A DNA stretch of 63,063 bases, counting the filler, from Folioceros fuciformis (lineage: Eukaryota), in the NCBI GenBank assembly GCA_049999805.1. It is 3 parts of 3 records of this genome, joined end to end, with 100 filler letters (N's around TTAATTAATTAA, not from the genome) between each part and the next. Parts side by side here need not be neighbours in the genome. Positions count along the whole stretch, not along the records: positions 1 to 17,404 come from JBNGIO010004198.1; 2 more parts are not named here. One strand, given 5' to 3'. The notes beneath the pieces were generated by a model, which was given only the letters and a program-made list of their open reading frames with translations, was not told the origin of the DNA and searched no databases. Below, piece by piece: positions 1-12,084 of the stretch (the first letter of the stretch is position 1; the number at the start of each line of letters is the position of its first letter). The position numbers and the translations under genes are program-made.

Positions 1-3000
1 TCCCCCCTCCACTCCACTGCAGCTCGCAGCATTCACCAGCAATCCGAACCCGGCTCAAACACTTTACCAGCCTGGCAGCGCTGGCAAACCCTGCCACCAT
101 GTTTATACTTCCTCCCTGCCCGCAACGAGGACCCGGCCCATGTCGGGCCGCCCACTGGGTAACTTTTCTCCTGCCCCGCAGAATATCCACCCATACTCCC
201 CCCTCCTTCGCCCGCTCTCCCGGGACCGCTGGTCGCCGCCCGCTGGTCGTCCGCACCCGATACCGGCATCCCGGGTCGATTCGCACCGCGCCCCGAATAT
301 CTCCCTACCGGTCTGCGCCCGGACACCGTCTGCCACGCGGCTTGCCAAGTCACGGTGGTGAAATCCCCAGTTACCCAGACGCACGCTCGCGACGCCGCGT
401 CACCGCCTGCCTTGCATGCGCCGGTCGCCGCGTAGGGCGTGACCAGGCCTGGCGCTTCCTCTGACCGTACCCGACCCCGGCCCCGCATCCGCATGGGCAC
501 GTTGCGGCCCGTGCCAGGCCTGGTGCTTATCCGGTTAAAATCGACCGGCCCCGACCCGGGCTGACTCATCACGCCGGTCCTCATCGCTCCCCTTTTTTAC
601 CACGTTTCACCCTCCTTCGTCACACGCGATTGCGTACATGTACAGTACTCTGTAGACCGTAGGACGCCACATATGTACCGAGTTATGTACATATGGTGGC
701 AGAATGTCGCCACGCCTGGACCGCCATGCGGCCATGCGCCATCGTGTCGTCATCGTCCAGGGACTATCACATACGCGACCTTCCTTATCGGGGCGCGTTC
801 AATGCACATGGTCTCCCCGACGCACAGATGCCTGCACCGGGGTTAAAGACCTTCACCTCGTCCAGGGGGAGTGCACCTGGGAAGGCGGCTGCGGCCCGTC
901 CAGATGCAGCCCCCCGAGGGAGGACCAGGTGCATGGCCCCGCACGGCCGGGGTGGGGAGGGGTTCAGCTGAAGCCCGGGCTCCAACCGTCAACTGGTCAA
1001 GACCTGCTCTCCCCAGTGCGGTTAGGGCGGGAGGCCGGGACGGAGCTGGCAGGCTTATCCGGCTCCGGGCAGGACTGCAGCGGGGGAGAGGACGGGCCAA
1101 CGTGGCCCGCGAGCCGCTGGAAGCGACGGATTGGAGGGAGCTGGGGAGATGGAGGAGGTTGGGATCGTCTGCGCGTGCGGCAGGCTGCAGCTGGGCATTT
1201 GCATGGCAGCGTGGGAGCACATGGACGGGGGTTTGGTGACACATCGTCGACTGATGAGAGGCCTGTGCCTGTGCTTGCGCCTGTGACGTGGTTCAGGACG
1301 GTGATTAGGCTTCTGCTTTGAGGAGTGAGTATCGTGGCAGGAAAGCACGGATTTGCACGCGCTGCCGGACGGATGTCGGTGTGGCCGGCTGTGCTCGGCA
1401 TGTGGACGCTTAAGGAAGCTCGTACCATGGCATGCGCCGGGGAGGGTTACGAGTACACTAGGTTGGAGGTGGAGTGGAGTCGAGTCGAGTACAGCTGCTG
1501 ATGAGTTTTTGGAGCCCGGTTTTCGCGAGGCTGCCTGGCATCCTTCTCAATGGCTCATTACCCTAGTCTGGCCAACGGGCAACATGGCGTGGCCTCCGAC
1601 GAGACGGGGTTGCTGTAGTACAGAGACGGGTTGATGAGGATGCTGCTGGCTGGTTTCCAGTGGTACGTAGATGTCTGCGTGTGCTTCTTCCACTCCCCTT
1701 CCTCTGGGTGACATGGTGGAGCTGCTTTTTATCAATCGAAGCTGCTTCGAGTCCGTGCATATCACACACCATAGCTGCTTCCTGCCTGAAATGAAGGAGC
1801 AATCAGTCAGGAGTGCTTTTCTGCCACTTGTTCCTCGTCACGATGGCGGTGGAGTGGAAAGGTGCTTCTTCCGTAGAGCACACCTGCTGCCTGGCCCGCG
1901 AGCATGTCTGACACTCAGATTCCTTGTCCTCTTCACTTCTCATCCACATACATCTGTACAGACAAGTGTGGCACTCGTTGTGACGTATGTATGTGTATCT
2001 GCTCGGCACCTGAAATGTACGTAGAAGTAGGAAGTAGGAGATGCTTTGGGAGTTGCCACGAAGCTGCTCCTCCCGTCTACGGTACTTCCTGTGCAGTTAA
2101 CTGGGGCCATCCTCGCAGTTGAAGGGCAGTCAGTACAAGGCTTGCACCACACTCCAGCGGCTGCAACGTCCGTCACTAATTATGGTAATCGGCCCAGCGA
2201 CCGAGAAAGCAAGTGGCATCCCGATTCCCACAGCTACAGCCGCGACGCCCAGGGGCGCGCGAGGCTCCATTCGGGTCCAGGAGACAACCTAGCGAGGTGA
2301 AAGGAGAACAAGGGTACCGACTGTCCAACAAAGAACTTGCCAGGGATTAATGAAGATGGTCAAATTTATCCTCCCCATATGGACAATCTGGATGTCTGGC
2401 AATTTGGCAACGGATGAGGGCACTGGAACCTGACCGGCAGCTGTGTCTGCTGCAGCGGCGTCACCAACAGGACCAAGCATCGTGGGGCCTATCCCGAGCT
2501 TGCTGCCAAAGCTTTGTCGATTTTCCCGCAAGTTTAGGCCTGAAAAAAGAATCCTGGGCACCTTTCCTCGGAAATCAGACATACTGGCGGTGGTCACCCG
2601 GATGTGCTCCATATGTACATGTCAGCACCTCATGCTAGCTCCTGTAATCTCCTGCCAAAATATGGATCCTCACCTCCTTGGCTGTGAGGTGGAAGGGCAA
2701 GGGCTCCTTGTCACAGTCTACAGTACATCCGCTCAAAGATCGCCCTTATCAACACCTGCTCAATCCTACCCTCCATACCAGCGAGTGAGGTAGCCGGGAC
2801 CACAAGGGCACTTTGTGAATGACGTGCTTTCCAAGTTGGATACCACTCACGCCTGCTCACAATCGCCAACTGACAAGTGACACCTAATGATTTAATCACA
2901 CAGTGCCGGGATCAGAATGACCCAAGGAGAAGGCAGTCACATGGATGAACAGGGGACGACAGTACGCACATGACAAGACGTAGATATCAAGATTAACAAT

Positions 3001-4219
3001 GTTGCGCGTAAAAGAAGTTGACACTGTGCTACAATGACATATCTGTGAGCACGGCACTGGAGGAGCCCGCGTTCTGCCTGGTCCACCTACTGCTACATAC
3101 TCAGGTGATTGCGGGTGGAGCATCTGAGGTACCATTGGCTTGGCGGTAGCCTGTTGGACAACCAGCGTTAACACGCTGTAGAGATCAAACATCCCAAACA
3201 TTTTGCGTGCTTGCATGTGGCCTGGGCATCATAGTAAGACAAAAGGGGTGAAAGACTTGTGGTGCATTAGGAGTATGAGTTCGACACTCCAACAACACCA
3301 ACCAACCTAACACAAGGTTGAGGGCACTGCAAGCCATTGAAGCACCCTCTCCAGTCACCGAAGCCCACTGTGAAGATAGCCCCACGTGAACATGTCCATT
3401 TCTGGTGACCTGGATGTGGGGTGGGGATCCATTGAATCGGCACAGAAGAGTTGCCAGCTCTACCCTCTTTTTGCATTATCAAGTCTCACCTAAACAGTTC
3501 CTCACACACCAAAACAACAATGTGTGCGCCGAGCCGAGACTGTGACGGCCCAGGCCCCGGGCCCGGGCCCGTCTACTGTGAAAAACAATGTTATCAGCAC
3601 AGAAAAGTCATCATCCAGTATTAGGCTACCATGAGTCAACATGCAGCACTGCGGTGAGCAACACACAGAAAGCTCAACACATCACCCTCGGGGGACTGCC
3701 AAGTCCGACTTTGCCACAGTATCTCCATGGTACAGACGGCACGGATCATTCAAGGAGATTGTTGCGTACAAGCTGCAGGTTGGATGACACCCAACGCCTC
3801 CGTTGAAATCGATGTTCTCTCAACGCAACGTCCGAACAAACGCTTCCTCATCACAACTTCCAAAACCCTAGCAACGTTGCCATCAGTACGTCTGCTCACC
3901 AGCACCTCGTCTCACCATCTGCACAAACCACTGGTGTCCATGTCCTTCTCGAATTCCTCCTCCTCCTCCCACGCGTCGCAACGACCATTCGCAAACACAG
4001 CGTCATCCCATCAACAGTTGCCTTCTCCAACCTCCCTCCTTCACCATCCCGTCTCCACCGGAACAAACCCCTCCCCCAATCAAACTTACCACGCGCCGCC
4101 GTCAATTTTGGAAAAAATAAAATGAAATAGAAAACAGGGCATAAAGTGAGAGAACGTAAAAGTACAAACAAATCACGAGATCACGACAGGGAAAAGTGAA
4201 GCAGCAGCGCTATCCGAGC

Positions 4220-4256
4220 CTTATCTTTTGCTCGACGCCTATAGGCTGGGTCCAAT
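4220..4256 (+). promoter_or_regulatory. Possible light-responsive promoter motifs (I-box GATAAG on minus strand, CCAAT) upstream of Lhcb
   Basis: CTTATC at 4220-4225 and CCAAT at 4252-4256, 150-180 bp before the ATG; short motifs that could occur by chance. Confidence 0.3.
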
Positions 4257-4399
4257 TTTGCCCTGCTCCGCGTGTAGCCATGGCGTCATGCAGAGCTCTA
4301 TAGCCTCCCTCGCTTCAAATGTGTATATTATGCGTCTTGCGCCTGTGGCCTTCGACAGCTCCCGCTCTTGCCTGCCCGACTAGCTGAGCAGCCCTAGCC

Positions 4400-5471
4400 A
4401 TGGCGTCCGCCACAGCATGCGCCTCCAGCGCTGCCCTGGCCGGGCAGAGCGTCTTCAGGCAGCGCAGTGAGATCCTCAGCGCGGCAGGCAGCAGCGACTC
4501 GAAGCTGCAGATGAGGAAGACCTCCTCTGCGCCATCCAGCATCTGGTAATCTACGATCTGTGAATGCCAGCAAATTTTGTGTCAAATTGCGTGCAAATCT
4601 AACCTCTTCGTGCTTCTCTGTCGGATGTAATCGTGAAGAAGGTTACCATGTACAGCGATGTGCAGCTCTTTTTTGTTGAAGCTGGATTGAAATGTATGGG
4701 AGTCTAGAATGCAAAGCAGGTCCTTTGTGTTTCTATGCTGGATTCGAGTGTTGTAGGAGTTCGGTTTGCGTAGCACATCCCTCTGTTTTAAGCCGGATTG
4801 GAATGTGGAGGAGCTTACGATGTGACGGAAGCTCTTTGGTTCAAAAGCTGCATTCAAATTATGGATGCGTAGCAGGGCTTGTTTTTCTACGCCGACTGAA
4901 ACCTTGAGGTCTTGATCCGGTTTGTTTGCGGGATTGGAAAGTGGAGGAGTACTCGACACTTCTCCGGATCTTGCTTATCTCTCGTTCTTTTGTTTTGTTT
5001 TCGTCATCCAGGTACGGCCCTGACCGTCCCAAGTGGCTCGGCCCCTTCTCCGCCGACACTCCCTCATACCTGAAAGGAGAATTCCCCGGCGACTACGGCT
5101 GGGACAGCGCGGGGCTCTCCGCGGACCCTGAGACATTCGCCAAGAACCGAGAGCTGGAGGTGATCCACGCCCGCTGGGCCATGCTTGGAACTCTCGGGTG
5201 CGTCACTCCCGAGCTGCTGGCCAAAAACGGCGTGAGCTTCGGGGAGTCGGTGTGGTNNNNNNNNNNNNNNNNNNNNNNNNNNNNNNNNNNNNNNNNNNNN
5301 NNNNNNNNNNNNNNNNNNNNNNNNNNNNNNNNNNNNNNNNNNNNNNNNNNNNNNNNCTTCCAGGCCATTGTCACCGGCAAGGGCCCCATCGAGAATCTGT
5401 CTGATCACCTGGCCGACCCCACCGTCAACAACGCCTGGGCCTACGCGACCAACTTCGTCCCCGGAGCCTAG
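4400..5471 (+). CDS. Lhcb: Major LHCII chlorophyll a/b-binding protein (Lhcb1/2/LhcbM type); exons 4400-4545 and 5012-5471, middle lost in the N-gap 5257-5356
   Basis: Transit peptide [17 protein letters not shown]...MRKT; GT-AG intron 4546-5011 splits the Trp codon of [39 protein letters not shown] and C-terminal [33 protein letters not shown] motifs. Confidence 0.96.
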
Positions 5472-5693
5472 ACGTCCCAGTGCGTCAGGCTTTAGATCCC
5501 AGCGCAGCGCTTGGGGTGTACCATACTTTCGTAGTTTACCACGTACAAGGGGCTGTCACTTTTCTCGTTCTCGGGCATTTTCTTGATCTTTCTTTGGGCC
5601 CGATGTGCTCACTCTCGTCTAGTCATCGTACCTTGTGGTTCCCATCTGTTTAGATTGGTCCCCTCATCGTCGCTGAACGTTGCAATGCAGATT

Positions 5694-5846
5694 TGTATGC
5701 AACAACTCACTGGCTAAAGCCAATCAGGCCAAGCAACAATTCCCTTGTATGCAACAACTCACTGGCTAAAGCCAATCAGGCCAAGCAACAATTTCCTTGT
5801 ATGCAACAACTCACTGGCTGAACCCAAATAAGGCCAAGCAACAACT
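5694..5846. repeat. 52-bp tandem repeat, ~3 copies
   Basis: TGTATGCAACAACTCACTGGCT... starts at 5694, 5746 and 5798. Confidence 0.9.
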
Positions 5847-6200
5847 CAAATGTTCCGATTCCCCCCTTCCAGTACACGGAGAGTATAAAGCCATGTGGAT
5901 AATCCTGAGGATATAATCGACATCATAACTGATTATAAGATAAAAAGCATAATCCTGAGAAAGTAATCGAAATTATAATTGATCATGGTTGTTATGCGCT
6001 TTGTGCACGGTCGAGCTCATTGTGGAAGAAAAGTGCATTCTTGAGTTCAAGCCTGAAAGTTGAAACTTGCCCAAACGCCCACGAATGATGCACTTCATCG
6101 CAGAAGTGCAGCTTGGGCCAAACTGAAAATATATATGCAAATACATATAGATCTATAGATATGAATCTACATGTAGGGTACCAGTTTAGGTGCAAATAGG

Positions 6201-6249
6201 GCAAACAAACTCTTGGGCCTTCGCCACCAACTCTATACCCGAAGCTTAA
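6201..6249 (+). pseudogene. Decayed duplicate of the Lhcb C-terminus; its 3' UTR continues at ~12870-13028 beyond the Copia insertion
   Basis: TGG GCC TTC GCC ACC AAC TCT ATA CCC GAA GCT TAA (WAFATNSIPEA*) versus [11 protein letters not shown]; ~12870-13025 aligns to the Lhcb 3' UTR at 5475-5632. Confidence 0.8.
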
Positions 6250-6430
6250 ACGGTCCGGTGCATAAGACTTTAGATCCAAGGTCGGTGGTTGAACGTTCTA
6301 GTGCGCCAAGCTTTAGATCCAAGCACTATGCTTAAACATCCCAATGCATCAGGCGTTAGATCCAAGCACTACGCTTGAATGCTCCAGTGCCTCATGCTTC
6401 AGATCCAAGCACTGTGCTTGAGCGTTCCAG
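6250..6430. repeat. 43-bp minisatellite derived from the Lhcb 3' UTR; continues at 12784-12900
   Basis: (T/C)AGATCCAAG at 6271, 6314, 6357 and 6400; same unit resumes after the 3' LTR; a single copy follows the Lhcb stop. Confidence 0.88.
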
Positions 6431-6806
6431 TATAGAAAAATATAAAATTAGGAGTCAATTTTATATTAAATAGCCAACCTTAGATGAACGTTCCGGTATA
6501 GAAAAATATAAAATTAGGAGTCAATTTTATATGAAATAGCCAACCTTAGATGAACGTTCCGGTATAGAATAACTCCTAATTTTATATTAAATAGCCAAGC
6601 TTAGATTTATTTATTAAATTAGGCGAAACGTTATAGGTATGAAACGGTATGCCGTTTCATACCGACGTGGCCGAACCCTACGCGACGTGTTCACTCACGT
6701 GAACAGTCGCACCTCACAGACCTACACGAAGCTGCCTTAAGGGGCAGCTCAGTCACAGCAATAAAAATTCATTCTTTCCTCTATGCCTATTGATCAACCT
6801 GCTTAA

Positions 6807-6818
6807 TGGTATCAGAGC
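6807..6818 (+). promoter_or_regulatory. Primer-binding site (initiator tRNA-Met) of element 1
   Basis: TGGTATCAGAGC directly after the 5' LTR. Confidence 0.92.
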
Positions 6819-7004
6819 ATGGAGTCTGTCACGTCTCCTAATCCTTGCGCATTCTGCCCCAACAAAGTCTGCATCAGAAATTTCTCTCATAAGAATTTTT
6901 CGCAGCTTCATTGCTGTCCACAAACTTGCGCTTGTTAGATTTGGAAACATGGCAGAACATTTCTTGGCTGATGCTGGTTTTCACTTCTACCCACTCTAGG
7001 CGTC

Positions 7005-8033
7005 ATGCCGAGAGGTAGAGGAAGGAAGTCGAACCCGCTTGCTGATCCAGTTGCTAAGTATCCTGGTCAGACTGTAGCAGAACTTAGTAGAAACCTCAAT
7101 GGCTTCTTCTCCAAGGTCGTAGCAATTGTTCCCAATCACGGACAGGGCACTAGGCACGCGTAGCCAACAATCAAACCTGACCTTTTGAGGCAACTTAGAA
7201 GGCAAGTTATTGAGATCATCAGCCAGGCACAGCGCAACCAGGTCGCTAGATCCCGCGCACTCACAGAGAGTCGGTTAGCAACCTGCAGCCAGTGCATAAA
7301 TGCTAGCAATCCCTCCCACGCAACCAGCAATTAGACCCTTGCATAGGTTTGCGACCTCACAAATGCACAAAGTTGCAAAACACAAGCAAGGATTGCGGAC
7401 TTCACTGACAGGCAGAACGCTTCAGATATCAATATCGTGGCTTCAAATATCAATATCGTGGCTCTCACGAGGCAAGTGGAGGCACTTGCGCACGGCGTCG
7501 CCGCTTTGCATACAGCCATGGAGAAATCTCATGTCTCAAGATCAGGCAATCCTTGGGCCAGGAAGGCATGCTAGGTGCGGCTGATGTCAAATAGCGGACG
7601 GGGAGGAAGAAACCCTCATCCCCGTGGCTGTGGCAGAGGGACGCATCAGTCTCCACGCTGGTTGAATCCTTTGGAAAATCCAAACTTTGCTGACACCTCT
7701 TCTGAAGATCGCGTGTCTGTGCTTGATCTTGCATCACAACTTGAGCACGAAGCCTCTTTTGAGTCATCTCAAACTAGTTCCGTTTTTTGTCCGTCTGCTG
7801 AGTCTATTTTAAATGCACAATTAGCACAACTAGCTCAAGCAGTTGCAGCGTTCACGTTCAGCACGTTTTACCCAATCTACCCTTGTTTCTCAAACCCTTC
7901 AAGCCGTCTTAGCATCCCAAGTAGTTCACTCCATGGCCAATCCAAACCCTGTTGGCACAGTCAACAACACCACCATCAACAACTTGAAGATCGACTTCAA
8001 GGAGAGAGACAGATTCTCTGGATCTCAGTTTGA
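7005..8033 (+). pseudogene. Decayed extra ORF (or long gag N-terminal extension) between PBS and gag of element 1
   Basis: One frame from ATG 7005 (MPRGRGRKSNPLADPVAKYPGQTVAELSRNLNGFFSKVV...) to 8033 with only four internal stops, all TAG; heptad-like LTRQVEALAHGVAALHTAMEK. Confidence 0.6.
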
Positions 8034-11000
8034 CATCTGGGCCATGCAAGTCAAGACCATTCTTTGAGAGAATGGTTTGTGGGATGTTGTGACGGGTACC
8101 ACCCCAAAACCTGCAGCGACTGCACCAGTAGCTGATCAGGATGCGTGGGCCATGAAGGACCTGCGTGCATTAGTGGTGATCCAGCCAGCCCTGGACGGGT
8201 CAATGATGCACTACACACAGGATGTCGAAACTACAAAAGCAGCTTGGGATGCTCTCACACAATCCTACCAGGTGGTGAATGGGGCAGGCAACCTGACAGC
8301 CACACGACAGTTTTACAATTGCAAGATGCGGGAATCTGACCCAATTGAGCAACATGTGAGCAAGTTCCGAACACTTCGTTCAAAGCTTACATCAAGTGGA
8401 ACTCCCACAATGGAAATGCAAGCAGCCACAGCCCTGCTTCTTTTCCTGCTTGATAGCTACCGGACCTTCGTGAGCAACCACAGCACGAGGCTTCGCCAGA
8501 TAGCTCAAGCCACACTTGCAGGACAAGTACTAGCCATGTCCCTTGCAGATCTAATCGGAGCTCTTCTCGAGGAGGAGTCCTCCAGACAAGCAAATCGAAG
8601 TGGACCCTCCCACAGGGGAGAAGCCTCAAACAGAGTACTTTATACAAACAAGGGTACTCGACGACCTCCACCTCGTCAAACCTATCAAAGGGACAACAAC
8701 GGAAGTAAGAAGCCTGCAGCTAGCACGAGAACCAAGAAGAAAGGTCCGTGCAATTGGTGTTTGATACCTGGACACTGGGAGGCAGACTGTCGGAAGAAGA
8801 AGGTAGGTGAACCTCATCGGGTAGCACCTCCAGAATCAAATGTGGCTCATTGCACGGTGAACACGTTGCTAGCCGTCTACATGGTAGCAACCCCTCAGTA
8901 CAAGCATTCCTGGTACTTAGACTCTAGAGCTTCCTCACATGTCTGTCATACTTTCAAAGCTTTTTCAGAGTATAGGAAGATGCCACGAGGTCAAGTTGTG
9001 TTGCTTGGAGATGACCGTGGTCTCCCCATAGCTGGTATAGGCAAGGTCCCTGTACAGCTCATGAATGGGACCACAATAGACCTTATTGAAGTTTTACACA
9101 TCCCAGCAATGGTTAAGAACCTTGTATCTATACATTTGCTTGACACCCAGCACATGCTGGACGTAATGTTTGCTGGAGGGGAGTGTAAGGTGCTAGACCC
9201 CGCATTAAAGGACAAGGTCGTCATTCGAGGCACACCTGTCTATAACCTGTACAAATTAGACATCACATACAAGTTAAGTGTTCAAGCTGAAACACATGTA
9301 GCTAGTCTAAGTCAGGAGAAGCTAGCTGAGAGAGAGACCCTGTTGTGGCACTACCGGCTTGGACATGCCAACTTTGACAAGCTGAAGTCTATGATAGCCA
9401 GCAACACTCTCTACAGGGAAAAATTCATGATAAGGTTTGCAGACAAATAGTTCTACAAAGCCTGCGTGTTTGGGAAGCAGCATCGCCAACCCTACACTGA
9501 CAAGAACCCAACAAGGGCCACACAGCTGTTAGAATTGGTGCATACTGACATCTGTGGCCCCATGTCAACAGCAACCTTTGGGGGAGCCAAATACATGTTG
9601 TTGTTTATAGATGATTGGAGTAGGTACACAATGATCTATCTAATCAAGCAAAAGAGTGATGCTCTAGGGTGCTTCCAGGACTACGTTACCTTTGCTCAAA
9701 GGCAGACTGGTCAGCTTCTAAAGACGCTGCGGAGTGACAATGGTGGGGAATTTTGCTCACATGCCTTCAATGACTATTGCAGTAGTCTCGGGATTGCCCA
9801 GTAGTTGACCACACCCTACACTTCGGCACAAAATCCAATTGCGGAGCTCAGCAACAGGCATGTTCAAGAGTCGGCTAAATCAATGATGAAGGTGGCAGGC
9901 CTATCTAGAGGCTACTGGGGAGAAGCTGCAGCAACAGCAGTGTACCTCCGAAATCGTCTACCCACAAAGGCCTTCATTGGAGCTACACCATTTGAGCTGT
10001 GGACATCTCACAAGCCTCGAATCTCACATCTTCGAATATTTGGTGCACCTGCGTATGCGCACTTATCCAAAGACCAGAGGGTGAAGCTAGATTACAAGGC
10101 TCGTAAGTATGTCTTTGTGGGGTATATAGAAGGCATAAAAGGACACAGCGTCCTCCAGCCACACAGCACCCGAACCACAAGATGAGTTCGAACAGGGCAC
10201 TTTCGAGTCCCTGAGCTTGCCACCTACACCTACACCTGCACCTCCTGCTGCTGATCCAGAGGAGGAACCGAGCTCATTCCTGTCTGACGATGAGGACGAA
10301 GCCCCAGAAGCTGAAGAACCTGAACTGGAAGAGTAGGAACAAGAACAGGAGGTCCCTACTCAAAGTTAGCAGCCATTTGAGCCTTCTTCCCCACAGTTTC
10401 GAAGGAGCACGAGGAGACACACCTCCTCTCCATCTGAGTGGGTAAATCCACCCTTCACTGCTTCCTCTTTCTTGGTGCAAGAGGATGTTGATCCAAAAGA
10501 CTTAGGCGAGCCACTCTCCTACAAGGAAGCTCTTAGCTCGCCCGAAGCAGCAAAGTGGATTGAGGGCATCAATTCCGAGTACAAGTCCCTAGTAGACAAT
10601 GGAACATGGGAGCTTGTTGACTTACCAGCAAGGAGAAAACCAGTCACATGCAAATGGGTTTTCAAGAAGAAGCTAAACTCTAATGGAAGTGTCTCCCGTT
10701 ACAAAGCAAGACTAGTTGCAAGAGGGTAAGTGGAAGGCTTGGACTACACTGAAACATTCTCTCCAGTGGTATGTTCCACATCAGTACACTCCCTGTTTGC
10801 TATCGCAGCACAACATGATTATGCAATGGAGCATATGGATGTGAAGACAGCTTTTCTCAATGGTACCTTGGAGGAGACCATCTACATGCGCCAACCGGAG
10901 GGCTTCGAAGATCCTAGACACCCAAACAAAGTGTGTAAGCTCATCAAAACTATATATGGGCTTAAGCAATCACCTAGGGCATGGTACAATAGAATAGATA

Positions 11001-12084
11001 CTTATCTAAGGAAGTCAGGATTCGTGCAAAGCGAGGCTGATTCCAATGTGTATCTCCTGAGAGAGCAAGAGGGTGTAGTGTTTCTTGCTCTCTATGTGGA
11101 TGATGCAATGTTGATTGCCAGGAGTCCCAAGCTTATGTCAATGGTCAAGAAAATACTTACCTCAAAACTTTCAATGACTGACCTAGGCAAGCTCACATGG
11201 TTCTTGGGCATTCAAATAGTCCAAGATCTGACTACACACACTGTGGAAATCCATCAAGCATAATATATTAGTCACATTCTATCTAGATTTAGAATGGTTG
11301 ACTACAAACCTGCACCAACACCAATGGCTGCAGGGGAGAAACTTAGCTTAGAGCAATCTCCTAAAACAGAGGAAGAAAGGATACAAATGGACAAAGTCCC
11401 GTATAGATCAGCTGTTTGCACTTTAATCTACTGTAGAAATTGGACCCGGCCTGACTTGTCACATGCAGTGCGAGTCACTGCTCAATTCTTGACATGCTAT
11501 GGAGCACCCCATTGGACAGTTGTGTAGCGGATTATTCAGTATCTAAAGGGTACTCCCAGACTTGGACTAATCTATAAGAAGAGGCCAGAAGCACTCACAC
11601 TTACCTACTTCTGTGATGCTGATTGGGCTTCGGACTCAGACACCCAGAAGTCAATCTCAGCAAACTGCTTGCTTTTGGGCTCCAATGAGTAGACTCAACT
11701 GTCATCTCTTGGTACAGTAAGAAACAACAAGTTGTTGCATTGTCCTCAACCGAGGCTGAATATGCAGCAATTGCAACAGCAGCACAGGATATTGTGCATG
11801 TCAGGGAGTTACTTGCATCACTAGGAGAAGAGCAAGCTGCACCCACATTGCTACTATGTGATAATCAATCAGCTATAGCACTTGCTCAGAACCCTATAAT
11901 GCATGCTAGAACTAAGCACATAGAAATAAAGCATCATTTTATAAGACAAGTCATACTTAATGCACAGGCAAACTTACAGTATGTCCCCACAAATCAGAAT
12001 GTAGCGGATGTCCTCACTAAAGCACTAGCTAAGGAAAGGCACGATAGATTCTGCAAGGCTATGGGGCTAGCAGAATGTCCCTAA
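7933..12084 (+). pseudogene. Copia gag-pol polyprotein with stops, frameshifts and small deletions
   Basis: Zinc knuckle CNWCLIPGHWEADC; protease WYLDSRASSHVC; GAG-pre-integrase LWHYRLGH; integrase LVHTDICGP and LRSDNGGEF; RT YKARLVARG, DVKTAFLNG, LALYVDD; RNase H SSTEAEY, HARTKHIEIKHH, ADVLTKAL. Confidence 0.95.

Noticed and set aside
666-700. Small inverted repeat GCCACATATGTAC/GTACATATGGTGGC, and a CCCGGGCCCGGG palindrome near 3555
   Set aside because: Short and isolated, with no TSD or supporting context
1-4150. Many GC-rich ORFs and possible minus-strand exons upstream of Lhcb
   Set aside because: No recognisable domain and no consistent spliced model could be built; left unannotated
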